Positions 34,867 to 47,397 of a stretch of 64,000 nucleotides of DNA are shown here, piece by piece. Numbering within the stretch: position 1 is the first letter of the stretch; each line of letters starts with the position of its first letter. The notes beneath the pieces were generated by a model. The model ran no database searches. It saw only the letters and a program-made list of their open reading frames with translations, and was not told the DNA's origin. The position numbers were made by a program, and so were the translations under genes. This DNA is from Malacoraja senta (Eukaryota). The stretch spans positions 161,386,001-161,450,000 of the forward strand of contig CM075978.1 of NCBI GenBank assembly GCA_038087875.1, read 5' to 3'.

Positions 34867-37800
34867 CAAGAATTTTGGTACATTATTGTAGTTGTTAGAA
34901 TTTAACTTAAATGGAAGCTTGCACATTGAGTGGAGGGATTTTTTTTAACGCAATTCCGAGGGCATATCTAATAAGAATGCATTTACAGAATTAAAATGCA
35001 GGTTAAAAGTATCAAGGCCCTCCTGTGCTTCATGAGTAGTTTGCAGGAATTACACAATGCATGTGCATTGTTTCTCTTCTATTAAGAACCTTGTATTTTA
35101 CTCGCATGATAGATGTGAATTGGATCAGATTCTAGATTCTTTTACGACCCTGAAAATCAATGTTGATGGCATATCTGTCAACAGGTTGTATTTAAACTTA
35201 GGGGTAAGTTGGAAATGGGCTAATTTTCCTTCTCAATTGGAACATTTCTGTAGCAAATATTTTGGAGGTAGATAGGGTCCAGTTTACTGGGCTACTGAGC
35301 CAAGAAGTCTCTCATTTTTATATAAACAGAATTTCTTTCTCTATTGCCCTGCCCTAGAAGAGTGACTAAGTGGTAACTTATGTCTAAAGTAATTTCTAAC
35401 ACGCATGATCTATTGTCCATAGTGTCCGCATAGTTATCCAGCAGAAGCATTTTGGCTGATTTGATTTTACTCTGTATAAAGCTATGTTTTTTAAATTACA
35501 TCAAGAATGATGCATTTTTTATGTAATATTTTCAGACAGAATTTCATCAATCATTTGTTACCTATTGAATTACTGGTATTTTGGTTGCAGTTCAAATAAA
35601 TCAATTTCAATATATGGCAAAAATGAATATTAATCAGTCAGAATATCTTTATGAGTGACATTATAATGTGAAATATGAAGATGAAATTCTTGCCATCAAA
35701 ACAGATTCAGAATACCAGATTTGACCAATAAAAGAGATATCTGTCTAATAAAAGCTTCCTTTGACTTTTTTGTTTCTGGGGCATTATCTACCTGAGTGAA
35801 AACAATGGGAGAGGGCTAGGGATTCAGGCTCGGCTCTATAAAGCCAGAGCTTCACAGAGAAAAAAAATGCCAATCAGGTCCATTCTTATTAAGACATAAT
35901 GCATTCATGGATTAAATTGTCTGAAGTGTCTGAGGTTTATTATTTATCCAGAATGGAAATATTCCATCCTTCCATGCTCCAAGCATGCTACATCATTTAT
36001 AAAGATGGCAGACCATCATTGATGTACGGCACTGATGTTAAAAACCCAAACAATCTAACCTTTATGACATTTTCCTTCACGATTCTCTGCCTCTCAAAAG
36101 ATTTTAGGTATCATCAATTAGGTTAATTTTTGCTTCGGAAATCATCTTCCATCTTTATTTATGGCTCTGTGGAAAAAATTACCCTTGAGTGATTTAATTG
36201 AATGTGAAGGCTATGGTATATTAGACAGCTTTAATACTCGTTACTTCTGATTTTGCAGTCTAGGTAGGTCATTAAACAGGCAGCAGTGAATAGGATTCAA
36301 AAATCATACCTACATTACATCTCCCTCCAAATGTCTCAGCTTTACAGTTAACTTGTCAATCTATATTTAAAAAACTGACAGCAGGGATGTTTTTCAAGAG
36401 GTGAGTTTGTGCCTTGGTAGCTGCAACCCAAGGGGTCCTGACTCTTAACAAAGGGACCCAATTTCAGATTCCAGTCTCAGCTGGTTTTCACACTGAGGGT
36501 TTCTTCCTATTTGCTGGCCTTGGCAATGTCATCAGAGTGGAAGGAGAAATCTGACTTGTGAAAGAGGCTGTGCGGGCGGGACAAGGGGTCCATCGATGGT
36601 GATTACGACAATTTTGGAAGAGTCCACAGATTTGTTGTTTTTGCTCTTCCCATGTTAAGTGTGCAGCGAGAGATAGGAGGGACGAGGAATCAAAATGCCA
36701 CAATAAACAGCTCACGGTTTACATTAAATCGCTGTTATATTTCTGCACCACTCTGCATGATCATGTTGCAAACAACTGCCTGGCATTTACATTTTACTGG
36801 CATATTGGCAAAGATTTAATGATACTCTTGGCTATTGAGACACTGCCTTGGCTTTCTTCTGCATTCTTTGTGCCATCAGCAGCTGAGAGCAAAGTTAAAA
36901 ATTCAATTTGGATGAGAGATCCTTTGAAAATAAATTATTGATAATTATTGATAAGATGTGATAATTAAGGAGTGTAGAACAAAACCTAGTTAAAGCCATA
37001 ATAAGGAAACTGGATATTTGACATTCTATTATGTTTTTACTAAATAACGTAATTTATATATTTTCATGTGAAACAGTCATATTTCAGTCATATTGCACCC
37101 TGGAGCCTCTCACAATAGAAATGAATGAAAAAGCAAAATAGTCTCAGGCAGATGTATTAGAAATTAATAGTCTTGCAATATCTTCATTTCTTATGTTTGC
37201 CTGACAATTAAAACTGGATCTTCCATTCCTTTCTTCTTCAGAGATTAAACAAAATGTAAAGCTCTGAACAGATTAACATAAAATAAAGTTTTTTTTCCCC
37301 ACCATTTTTTATTCACCTTACATTCTCTGTGTCCTTTCAGCTGTTTGTCCAGCCAGCTCATTGTATCACAGATGTATTCTGCACATCAAGCACTCAGAGA
37401 AGGAAAAAATACTGCTGTTCAAGTAAAGATGCGCATGACCTATTTTTTCAATTTCAGTAATTAGGGAGGCATGGGGCCTGAAGGAATTATTCATGAATGC
37501 AGGAGCCCTGCTGTATACATTTATGTTAAACATGTCAAAGCCTATCGAAATCATGCCTGCCAGCACTATACACCATAAACACACTTCCATGACAACTTTT
37601 CTTTGCTTGCAGTCCATTAATACCATCTTTAATAGCTCTTGCTCCCTTCCTCTCTCTGCAACTCAAATCAGAAACGGTCCATTTCACTAATCGCACAACG
37701 TTAGGTGAGCAACTCCAACCTTTAGGCCATGGTTTCATAAATATTTTATTTTTAGTACAGGAACTTGTGGAGAAGAATAAGGCACAGCAATGATTAGACA

Positions 37801-38234
37801 CTTTCAGAGACAGTTTGCTCAGAGAAACCCTCTGTTATTAGCCAGGTAATCAACGGGTTTTGATGATGTTACTTCCCGGTTTTAGTATTACCTTTCATTT
37901 TTTCATGTTGTCTATTCACATTTCCCAGCCTTTGGTACCAATTTCTTTGAAACATTAATTGTGATGACAACCATCCAACACTATTTTTAAATATTAACCT
38001 GAAGGGCTTGTATTATTTTGCCTACACGTCGAGCATTACATTTTGTTATTCGTTAACCAAGAAAATATATCAGCGATATTTTATTTTTAGTACAGGAACT
38101 ACAGAATGCCTTCAAAGATGATGCTCGCTGTTGCCTATCTATTTTAACTCTTGTGTTATTATGTTCCAATGTGATATTCAGAACTCATTAGAGAATGAAA
38201 TACCTGCATCTGCCTTCTTTTATGATTATTTGTC

Positions 38235-38380
38235 AAGTAAAAGACATTTGGACAGATATGCAGATAAGAAGGGATTGGAGGGCCATGTGCCAAATGCAGA
38301 CAAATTGGACTAGCGGAACCTTGGACGCATGGACAAGGTGGGCTGAAGGGCCTGTTTCTGTCCTGTGCTCTGCGACTCTA
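38235..38380 (+). mobile_element. CR1 3' remnant
   Basis: aaaagacatttggacag..gggctgaagggcctgtttctgt. Confidence 0.65.
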
Positions 38381-39899
38381 TTGGTGAATTCCACCCTAAT
38401 TCTTGACCAGGAATGTACAATATCTTCAGTTACACAGATTCCAACACAAAAGCAATCACACATTATTGATGGTCTCTCTGTTTTACACGTTAAATATGAA
38501 GAATCACATTTATAGTATGAAATTAATAATCTTATGCCTCAAAATGGCATGCTCCATGTTCCTTACATTTGTAATAAGTAAAATATTTCTCAAACTTTTT
38601 TTTTTACAAATACAATAAAGCCTATTTATATTTTCGAACCAATTTTCTACAAGGTAGAAGTCGACAGTGTTTGGTTTTGTATCCCTTCTCTGCAAAGAAA
38701 AATCCATGGACCTTCTCCCTCCATTCTTCATGTCAAATAGATAAGGATAACAGTGAGATACAGTAATTACCTCCAGCCAGTGGGAATATTGATATTTACA
38801 TCAATGCATACCTTAACATTATATATAAAATCATTGCTCCTTAAATTAATTTAAATGATGAGGGCAGGTTTGTCGATCGATAATGGGAGTGTCTGAGGCA
38901 GAGATTAAGCTCTAAACTGGTAACTTCTCTTTTTCAAAAATGCATAAGGTTTTATTAAGGAATAACTCAGCCGGCTAACTACCAAAAATCTAAGTTCAAA
39001 TTCACCGGTGCTGGATCAGAGAAAATAAATCTGTCGTCTTGGCCTGAAGCCAGAGCAGCAACTCTGTAAACGCAGCAGCAGATGAGCTGGTTGGTGTTTT
39101 ATAGACCAGCCACTTGCTATGCAAAAATAAAGCTGTAAAACTATGTTCAAGTGTTAAATCTCGGTGCGCTATTTTCAGATTCATAATTATATTAAGTTGC
39201 AAAGCAAAACATTATACACGACTTGTGCCTGAATTCTATCTTATTCAAGGCTCATATGATTTTAGGTAATGTTTCTGCTACTGGTTCTGGAAGTTAGACT
39301 GTAGTTCACTGAGTACTAATAGAACAGTTCTGATCTCTGATGCTGAGTAAATCTTAAATCATTGACATTGTCCCTCTTCCTGTGTCCCCACTTTTCTGCT
39401 CTGTCAAATGCTAGTGAAGTCACATTTCAACATGGGGAGGATTTAAGAGAATTTTGTTTGATTGCACACCTTGCAGTTTGAAAGCTTCTGTGAGGAAACT
39501 CTGGGCTCCTACTAATTCTACAGTGGCTTGTCTCGTAAAAACGAAAACCTTGACTTTACCATATGAAGGGATCGGGCAAGTGACTTCTGACTGCAAAGTA
39601 TGAACATCTGAGATGGTGGGAAAAGTGTACATGAAAAGTAATCACGTAAAATTATAATTTATCGGCTACAAAAGTACGCATCACTGGTTTCAGGATGTGG
39701 AATCACAGAGATTGTTGCAGTGGAATGTGCATTGTGCATCCTCCAACATGGACTGCCACAGGCATTGCAACACCTACCGTAATGAAAGCTTTCATACCAA
39801 GCCTTTGCCAGGAGAGCAGTAAAATGTAGTGACTTACAGACCATAAAGTAAACCTGTCGGATATTTGTTTTGGTATTTCCCAGTTGCAAGTTATAGCTG

Positions 39900-41240
39900 A
39901 TATAGAGTTAAAGAGTCACACAACATGAAAACAGTCATACAACCCTTTAATCCAACTCATCCATGCTGGCCATGATGCCACATCTAAGCTGGTCCCAAAG
40001 GTTTGATGTATATCCCTCTAAACCTTCCCTATCCAGGTAGTTGTCCAAATGTATTTTAAATATCGTTATTGCACATGCCTCAACTTCTTCCTCTGGCAGC
40101 TCTTTCCCTGAACCCACCTCAACTCAGTGTGAAAAATTGCCCCTCAGGTTTCTATTAAATCTTTCCTCTAGTTCGTGAATCCCTTGTCGGGAGAGGTTGA
40201 GTGGGCTGGGTCTCTATTCCTTGGAGCGCAGGAAGATGAATGGGTGATCTTATAGAGGTGTATAGAATCATGAGAGGAATAGATTGGGTCAATGCACAGA
40301 GTCTCTTGCCCAGAGTAGGGGAAACGAGGACCAGAGGACATAGGTGAAGGGGAAAAGAATTAATAGGAATCTGAAGGGTAACCTTTTCACACAAAGGGTG
40401 GTGGGTGTATGCAACAAGCTGCCAGGGGAAGTAGTTGAGGCTGGGACTATCCCAACGTTTATGAAACAGTTAGACAAGTACATGGATAGGACAGGTTTGG
40501 AGGGATATGGACCAAGTGCAGGCAGGTGGGATTAATATAGCTGGAACATGTTGGCCAGTGTGGACAAGTTGGGCCGAAGGGCCTGTTTTCACACTGTGAC
40601 CTCACACCTATCTGCATTAAACTCCATTATCCATTTCTCAGCCCACTGGCCCAGCTGATCACTACTTGCAGGCATTCAGTCTGAGGAACAATCGTCCACC
40701 ACACCACCACCCTCTGCTTCCTACCATGATGCCAAGTCTGTACCCACTTAGCTAGCTCTCCCTCGATCCCATGCGATCTGGCCTTCTAGACCACCCTACC
40801 AGTCCTCGTCAACCTAAACAATCTCCCACATACAAAAATAATGCTGACTAGCCCGAATTAACCACTGTCTATCCAAATGCCTCAAAATCTTCTCCAGCAT
40901 TTATCTTACCACAAATGTTAAGCTCACTAACCCATGGTTCACAGGTTGTCTTCTTAAATAGCACAGTATTAGCCACCCTCCAGACTTCTGGCACTTCACC
41001 TATGTCTAATGATGATCATATATTTCAGCCATGACTCCTGCAATTTATTTTCTAACTTCCCAGAGTGTTCTTGGAAATATCTGATCAGGCCACGGAGATT
41101 TGTCAACCTTCAAATGTCTTAGGATGTCCAGCACCTCTTCGACTGTAATTAGGACTGTCCTCAAAACACCTCCCAAGTTCCCTAGTCTTCATGTCTTTCT
41201 CCATGGAAAAAACAGAGGAGAAATATCCATTGAGGACGTA
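39900..41240 (-). mobile_element. Old CR1 fragments (39900-40170 and 40605-41240) flanking an oppositely oriented CR1
   Basis: Reverse CR1 3' motifs (atatccctctaaacc, cttcctctggcagctc) and upstream ORF2 remnants. Confidence 0.6.
40188..40598 (+). mobile_element. CR1 3' fragment
   Basis: NLFTQRVVGVCNKLPGEVVEAGTIPTFMKQLDKYM; 3' UTR gttgggccgaagggcctgttt. Confidence 0.85.
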
Positions 41241-41464
41241 CTTTATACTACTACATATTTGCGTGCACAGTAAAACTCCTCACCCAATTTAAATGTAAAT
41301 TGGCACTGTTTTATAGATTCTTCACAAAAATTAAAAATGGAGTCTTATATGATCATTTATGGTATGTGGAGTGGTATCATACCAAGAATCTGCTATTATA
41401 TGGTTTTAGAGCACACAGATTATTCATGAGTACCATTTACCTTCATACAAATGTAGTAATTTTT

Positions 41465-42298
41465 GGACATCCGGTGGCGCTGTTGCTAGCTGCCTCCGCC
41501 CATGGTCTGGCTGTCTTTTTTTATTTTGTTATGTTTAGAGTGTGCTTTTTAAGCTTTTTCATTTTTTTCCAGTATTTTATGTGGGGGAAGAGTGTAGGGT
41601 AAGGGGGAAACCGTCCTTCAGTCGCTTCCTGACGAGCATGCGGCTATTATCCAAGTCGCGTCCTCGCCCCCCCCCCTCGCGGCCTACCAGCTGGATTGGC
41701 GCGGCCTTTCCTGCCGGGACCGGACCAGAGCTTCAGCAGCGGCGGCAAGGTGCTGGAAACATCGCGGAGCGGGCGAGGCCTTCCTGGGATCGTGGCTTGG
41801 AGCTCCGGAGTGCTGGGCCACTGCTCCAACATCGCGGAGCTGTGGGTGCGGAGCCAGAAGTCTGGAGGGTGGCTAATACTGTGCTTCTATTTAAGAAGAA
41901 AACATCGCGGAGTCCTGGGCCCCTTTGCCGGGGGTCGCCAGCGCGAATCTCCGCCCAGCGCGGCCTGTGGACATCGGGAGCCGCGGACTCCGGTGGAAGG
42001 TGGCCGACGAGAGGTTCCCGGCGAGAGGGCCTGAACATCGGGCCGCCCGTAGCGGCGACTATGGGGTGCTCGGGAGGCCCCGACCATGGGTGAACATTGG
42101 GGAACATCGGCGAGGACTTTCGTTCCTTCCCTCACAGTGGGGAACTTTGGTGCTTGGATTACTGGTTTCTGTGTTGGACTACTGTGTTCTGTGTTTTGTG
42201 TTTTTTTTTGTTTTTTTGCATGACTGTAAGGGAAAAAGAATTTTGTTGTCTCTTCATTGAAGACAATGACAATAAATTAAATCAAATCAAATCAAATA
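41465..42298 (+). mobile_element. GC/CpG-rich non-autonomous retroposon with LINE-type (Rex1-like) 3' tail
   Basis: Abrupt GC-rich block with internal AACATCGCGGAG repeats; ends ..gaattttgttgt..atgacaataaa(ttaaa/tcaaa)n like the Rex1 3' UTR at 6667-6726. Confidence 0.6.
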
Positions 42299-43895
42299 AA
42301 TGTGGAACTTTTGCACTCAAAAGGGCTAGAAATTGTAAGTGGGCAACAAATTGAATAGAATACAGCAATCTATGTGAAGATACCAAAATGTCGTTTTTTT
42401 GTGGCTAATTTTATGAAAAATAAAAATTAACATTTAAAAAGATCATTCAGTTTTATAATTTTAACTAATCTTTAAATGCCCTAAAACTTCATAAATAATT
42501 CCATTAAAGTAATGCATCATTTTAATGTTCATTTTATGGTCTAGTAATGCAATTTTCACATAAAAGAATTACTGTGCAATCACAATGCATTTTGTATGAA
42601 AAACTAGTTATTATGGAAATTGTTTTATCAAAGAATACATTTTTGGTTAACAAAATGAGGCCAGACACAAGTGGAAATGTAATGGAAGCGTGGTGTTGAA
42701 GTAGGCAGCCATATTACTGGGAATGCCAGGCTCATACTTTAGACCAATTTCAAATAAATTATTTTATAAATTGGTTATCAATATTAACGGAAGGTGCCTT
42801 TACGCAAAATCCCAAATTCCTTCCAGAATGTTCTTTTGATTTGTCGCCATTCATTTTGAACACAGATTTCGTTTCACAAACACTATTTTAAATTGCATTG
42901 ACCATGCAGTTAAGAGACTTGTTAAAAACTTCAAATTCTCTGCTGACATTTCAAACAATAACTGTTTAACTGTTTCATAAACAGATGATCATTTTAAACA
43001 ATGCAATAATTTTCTGACATCATTGTGTCTGTGATGATTATGTTATAATTTAACCAAAAAGTCTCTCTTGGTCACCATCATGTCTCACAAAGCAGAATGA
43101 TGCATCAGGTTGTAAGCAGTTATCACATACAATTCTGTTTGCCTTTATCACTGGACACTTTGGCATCCAATTGTGTTCCTAAGTCCAATTTTACTTGTCA
43201 GGAAAATAAGGACATTCTTAGGGGATTTAAATATCTTTGCTCCCAATACTTCATTACGAATAATACCCTGAAATAATTGTCTCAAGTTAAGGTACAGTTC
43301 TAACAGGACTGCAGTTTGCATGTCCATGACTTCCCAGACCAAATCTCATGTTAGATCTGTAATTCATAACTCATTCTACATCATACAAAGAACTAAATAA
43401 CAGCTTAATAGTGAAATGGTACTTGTCATCCAACAGGTGACATCTACAGATTATGAAAACTTTGACAAAATGACAAGACTGATTGCATTGAGCACCCTGG
43501 AAGCCAAAGAGTTTCAAATGCAGGTTATTTCAACTTCTCAAGTGTAGACCTGCATTATTTCATTCAAGTGCACATACACTTAAGACTGTTTGTGCCTCAA
43601 CTTATCAGGCATACGTTTAGAATCCCCACTGAAACATTGGATCAAATTAAGTCTGTGCAAAGCAAATGTTCATCATTTTGGTGGGCTGTTGATCTTACCT
43701 TTTGTTTAACCTCTTTCAGCTTTGCTTTGAAGTTTTACTTATAGAGAATGCAAAATAAGCTACAAAAATTGGCTGTCATTGAAGCTGTTAAAATATATTG
43801 ACATCATTTGGAATTGTGTAGCTAGTCCTTGTGAAATGCCCTCAAAAATCTCTTCCTATAGGTGGTTGGGAAACACCTATGTACTATTGCTCTAC

Positions 43896-44003
43896 CTGTT
43901 TCTTTGCTGGGTTCCTTCTCGCTTCCACTGTCTTTGTCTTTGGTAGAATCTTCTGCTTCCTGCATGGGCTCATTAAGCCCTTCCACATCTTCGTTGGTTT
44001 CTT
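43896..44003 (-). CDS. ZFHX3: ZFHX3 coding exon (E)ETNEDVEGLNEPMQEAEDSTKDKDSGSEKEPSKET
   Basis: 108 nt, phase 1/1. Strong pyrimidine tract ttttttcctccttcctcAG; donor ACAG|GTAGAG. Phase is compatible with the 3933/3924 acceptor. Resembles the ZFHX3 acidic linker EE..EDVEG..E. Confidence 0.85.
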
Positions 44004-45956
44004 CTGAGGAAGGAGGAAAAAAGGTTAATGAAGAATGTGCTTCTGACGGGAGCAAAGAGTGAGACAATCGCAATATTTGATGTCAAACATTTTCCAATTA
44101 AACTTATGGACTCAAAACATCGCTGGGAGGAATGCAAGGAGAACGTAACTGGCTCGTATCCAAAGTAGTTAACTTCACAATGCATCGTTTTCATTTAGTA
44201 TTTAATACTGGGATATACTGGGAGAGTCACATTTAAGACTACTTTAGAAAGATAATCTATGTTCAGAAGGACATGATTTAAAATATGCCCAAACATTGCC
44301 GAATACGACAAGATTTTCAATTTGTTCATCAGGACACAATTGTTAGGTAGTCTGCTCGTTTCCATGTTTGACCTATAGGTGTCAGTCTAAGCAAGCAGAC
44401 GTTGAAAGTCAACCTGTTCCCGAGCCAACCCCCTCCACCCCCACTAACCTGTGCACATGGTAATAATATACCTCACCATGGTGTCTGGATACCAGGCATG
44501 ATACAATAAAAACAAACTGATTTAAAAAGAGAATCTTATAATGCTTTCTGCATGCACCATTTTGGACCACATCAATTAATCATATTAAAATCTCGGTACA
44601 AGTGTAGGATTCCAAGAGGCAGTCCCTGTGGCGACTTGGATATCTGCCTCCTGATGGAATCCATCATATGAAAAGATATTTTACCACCTCTTATCCTGCT
44701 GTGCTACATTGATTTTTAATAAGACTTTTACTGATGTAATGTACATTGTGGCAGGTTTTTTTTTAATTTCGAATTTTTAAACCCAGGACCTTTTCTACAA
44801 AAAAAATAAAGATCAAAGGATGCAAAAAAATAAATCAGGTTTGCAGAGAAAGCTAAGGTACCTCACATACCAATACCATCAAAAGCTAATACTGTATGAA
44901 GTAACTCAGGAAGGGCAAAGGTCGGTTGGCATCCGCATTTCATCTTTCGCTCATGCCTGTAAAATATCTCAGCTTTAGCCACAAAACGGGATATTATTCC
45001 TGGAGGCCTGAGTTCCCGTCAGTCAGTTCAGTTTCATTACACTGTGACAAGATCTAAGATCTCTTTGCGAAGAAAAAAAACCAAGCCACTTTTTCATTAA
45101 AAAAAGGCGTTTCCCCACTTGTGGGTATTAACTGCCTCTTAATTGCAATCTTCGAAGGAAGGGTAATCTACTAATTTTTTATTTTTTTTAAGGATTTTTT
45201 TTTAAATATAAAAAAAAAGAAATTGCTTTGTGGTTATTGAAGTGACAATCCTTGCGCCTTTTTATTGTAATAAAATGAGAAACGACATGCACTGCTGGCT
45301 GGAGTGCGCTCAGAGACAATGAGCGCTGGCTTCCATGCTGTGATTCTTTCATGCATAGTCCAGGGTTTTTTTTGATCTTGTGCACCTCTCCATCTCTACA
45401 CATCTCTCTACTGCTGTAACACATCTACATCTCCTTGCAAAGATTGTGCTTCTACCATCCGAGTCACCTTTCTCTTTTAAAAATAATCCTGCATTAACTC
45501 AAAAACAGTGATCTGCTGCCCTGGGCCTAGTAAATAGGACCATAAAAAGCAGGAAGGTTACTTTAAACAAAACAACCACAGTCCGTTAAGGTATCAAGCA
45601 GAAAGATTGTACCCACAGGTCTGGACTCTTTTACTTGCTGGTGCATCTTTCTCAATAGTTCCTGGTACATGTTTCAGTTCAAAATAAGAATCCCAGACAT
45701 GCCTCTCCTTACATCATTACTAAGTCTGACCTTAGACTGACCTCTGGAGCTGTTAGACTAATCTAAATGTGAATGAGCACTTTGTGCCAATGCTGTGAAG
45801 GGGCCGAATCCTGCAAACAGCAAAACTTTACACATCAACTTAATCACAAACAGCAGTGACTGGGGGCCCCAGAACAATGACAATCCTCCACTTCCCAAAG
45901 AATGAACAGTTTCGTCAATGCTTTAATGTAAGTCCTTATTAAGGACAATATGCAAA

Positions 45957-45982
45957 GTCAGGTCAGGTCAGGTCAGGTCAGG
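45957..45982. repeat. (GTCAG)5 pentanucleotide repeat
   Basis: gtcaggtcaggtcaggtcaggtcagg. Confidence 0.9.
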
Positions 45983-46223
45983 TTAGCTGATTGAGATTTT
46001 TGCTCATTAAGTTCCCCAGCTGTTCGGTGAGAAAAGAAAGTAAGTATTCTTGAGGTTCCTTGGCATAACTTTTGAAGAACTTAACAGCAGCTGCAACAAC
46101 CCCATCAGAGATAATGTAACCTGTGTAAACATGATCAGATTGTTTTGTCAAAGGAGCCATACGGTGACTGGATGGCCTAAAATTGTCCCAATTAAAACTA
46201 TTTGGCATCGCGTTCTCTCACCA

Positions 46224-46267
46224 ACACACACACACACACACACACACTCTCTCTCTCTCTCACACAC
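46224..46267. repeat. Compound microsatellite (CA)n(CT)n
   Basis: Directly visible. Confidence 0.95.
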
Positions 46268-46482
46268 TCGCCCTTTCCCTCTCTGCAGGTATTTCACAGT
46301 GCAGCTTTTGATTGCCTCTTCCATCAGTTTTATGTACGTACTATCAGGTCTGCAGAGCACTGCTAGCCAGAGACACGCAGGCCTTACATTACACAAATGG
46401 GGAGTGTTGGGGGGGAGAGAAGTAGGGGTGAAGTTCTGGCTCTGTGGTCTGAGAAGTACATCACGTGAGGGAGGTCAGGTAT

Positions 46483-46504
46483 GGGGGGGGGGGGGGGGGG
46501 GGGG
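46483..46504. repeat. Poly-G tract (~22 nt)
   Basis: Directly visible. Confidence 0.95.
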
Positions 46505-47205
46505 AGTGGGTAGTGTCCTTTACGAAGGATTACATTACTGGGGCAAGTGAGCAGGGAGTTACTGCACAGATACAAGAACGGTTTACACAAGACGTTCTCT
46601 GTAAATTAAATGTAGGTACGAGGACATTATATGGATTCACAGCTCCTCTTCTGAGAATCTCAATGGGTTAAAAGGGATAGATCAATAGAACTACATGTGA
46701 TTACATTTGAAGTTTCTTTTGATCTGGGAATCAGACCCGATTAAACTAAAATATGAATTTAGGCCCGAGATGGAACAAGTCAGCTTGAAACGGGCTGGGC
46801 CTCAAAGATTTAAAACACCAATAGTGTGGTCGCAGCTCTGCCACGCACCAGGATCCAACTTGAGGATGACTTTAGTGATGGTGCAGTTATAATCTCACCT
46901 GATTTCAATCTCACGCAACAATTAATAAGAGTTTCATTCTGCAATAGACGCTGCATTTCATAAACCTGCTAATTCATTACAGCTCACCATTCTGTCCTTC
47001 AGCACAAACCTGTTACCTTCATTGCCCCGTTTCCCCAACTTTGATCACCAAATATTTATCAAATTCCCTTTGAAAGCTACAACTGAATCTGTATCCACCA
47101 CAGGGGCTGTGCAAATAACTTTTTCCTTGCATCACCCCTGGATCTTTGGCAATCAAAGTACATGTGTCTTTGATCCCTCCACTGATGGGAATAGCTTACA
47201 TCTAC

Positions 47206-47397
47206 AGGGCCTGTCCCACTTGGGCGTCATTTGCGCGTCACGCAGATGGCGCGCGAAGATTTTGTACATCCCAAAATCCTGGGGCGCCGCGCGCGACCGC
47301 GTGTCACTGCCTACATCACCACACACCACGTGTGTCGTGACGCGTAAATGATGTCGCATAAATGATGCGCAAATGACGCCCAAGTGGGACAAGCCCT
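47206..47397. mobile_element. PIF/Harbinger-type MITE, same subfamily as 15729-15938 in opposite orientation
   Basis: TIR AGGGCCTGTCCCACTTGGGCGTCATTTGCGC / GCGCAAATGACGCCCAAGTGGGACAAGCCCT. Flanks TAC/TGC, so the TSD is not cleanly preserved. Confidence 0.85.

Larger units (their letters stand above)
3934..43895 (-). other. ~40-kb ZFHX3 intron (GT-AG)
   Basis: Bounded by the donor at 43895 and acceptor at 3934; no additional ZFHX-like coding sequence recognised inside. Confidence 0.8.

Noticed and set aside
41542-42260. Cluster of long overlapping ORFs (up to 183 aa)
   Set aside because: Open in several frames on both strands because of high GC in a retroposon; no domain or splice context.
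43699-43737. Possible 39-nt cassette or poison exon (minus strand, aag|...AAG|GTAAGA) 160 nt after the exon
   Set aside because: Weak AAG acceptor, in-frame TAA and no transcript evidence; such sites arise by chance.
46050-46671. 166-aa ORF and G-rich ORFs
   Set aside because: Run through (CA)n(CT)n and poly-G microsatellites; low complexity.
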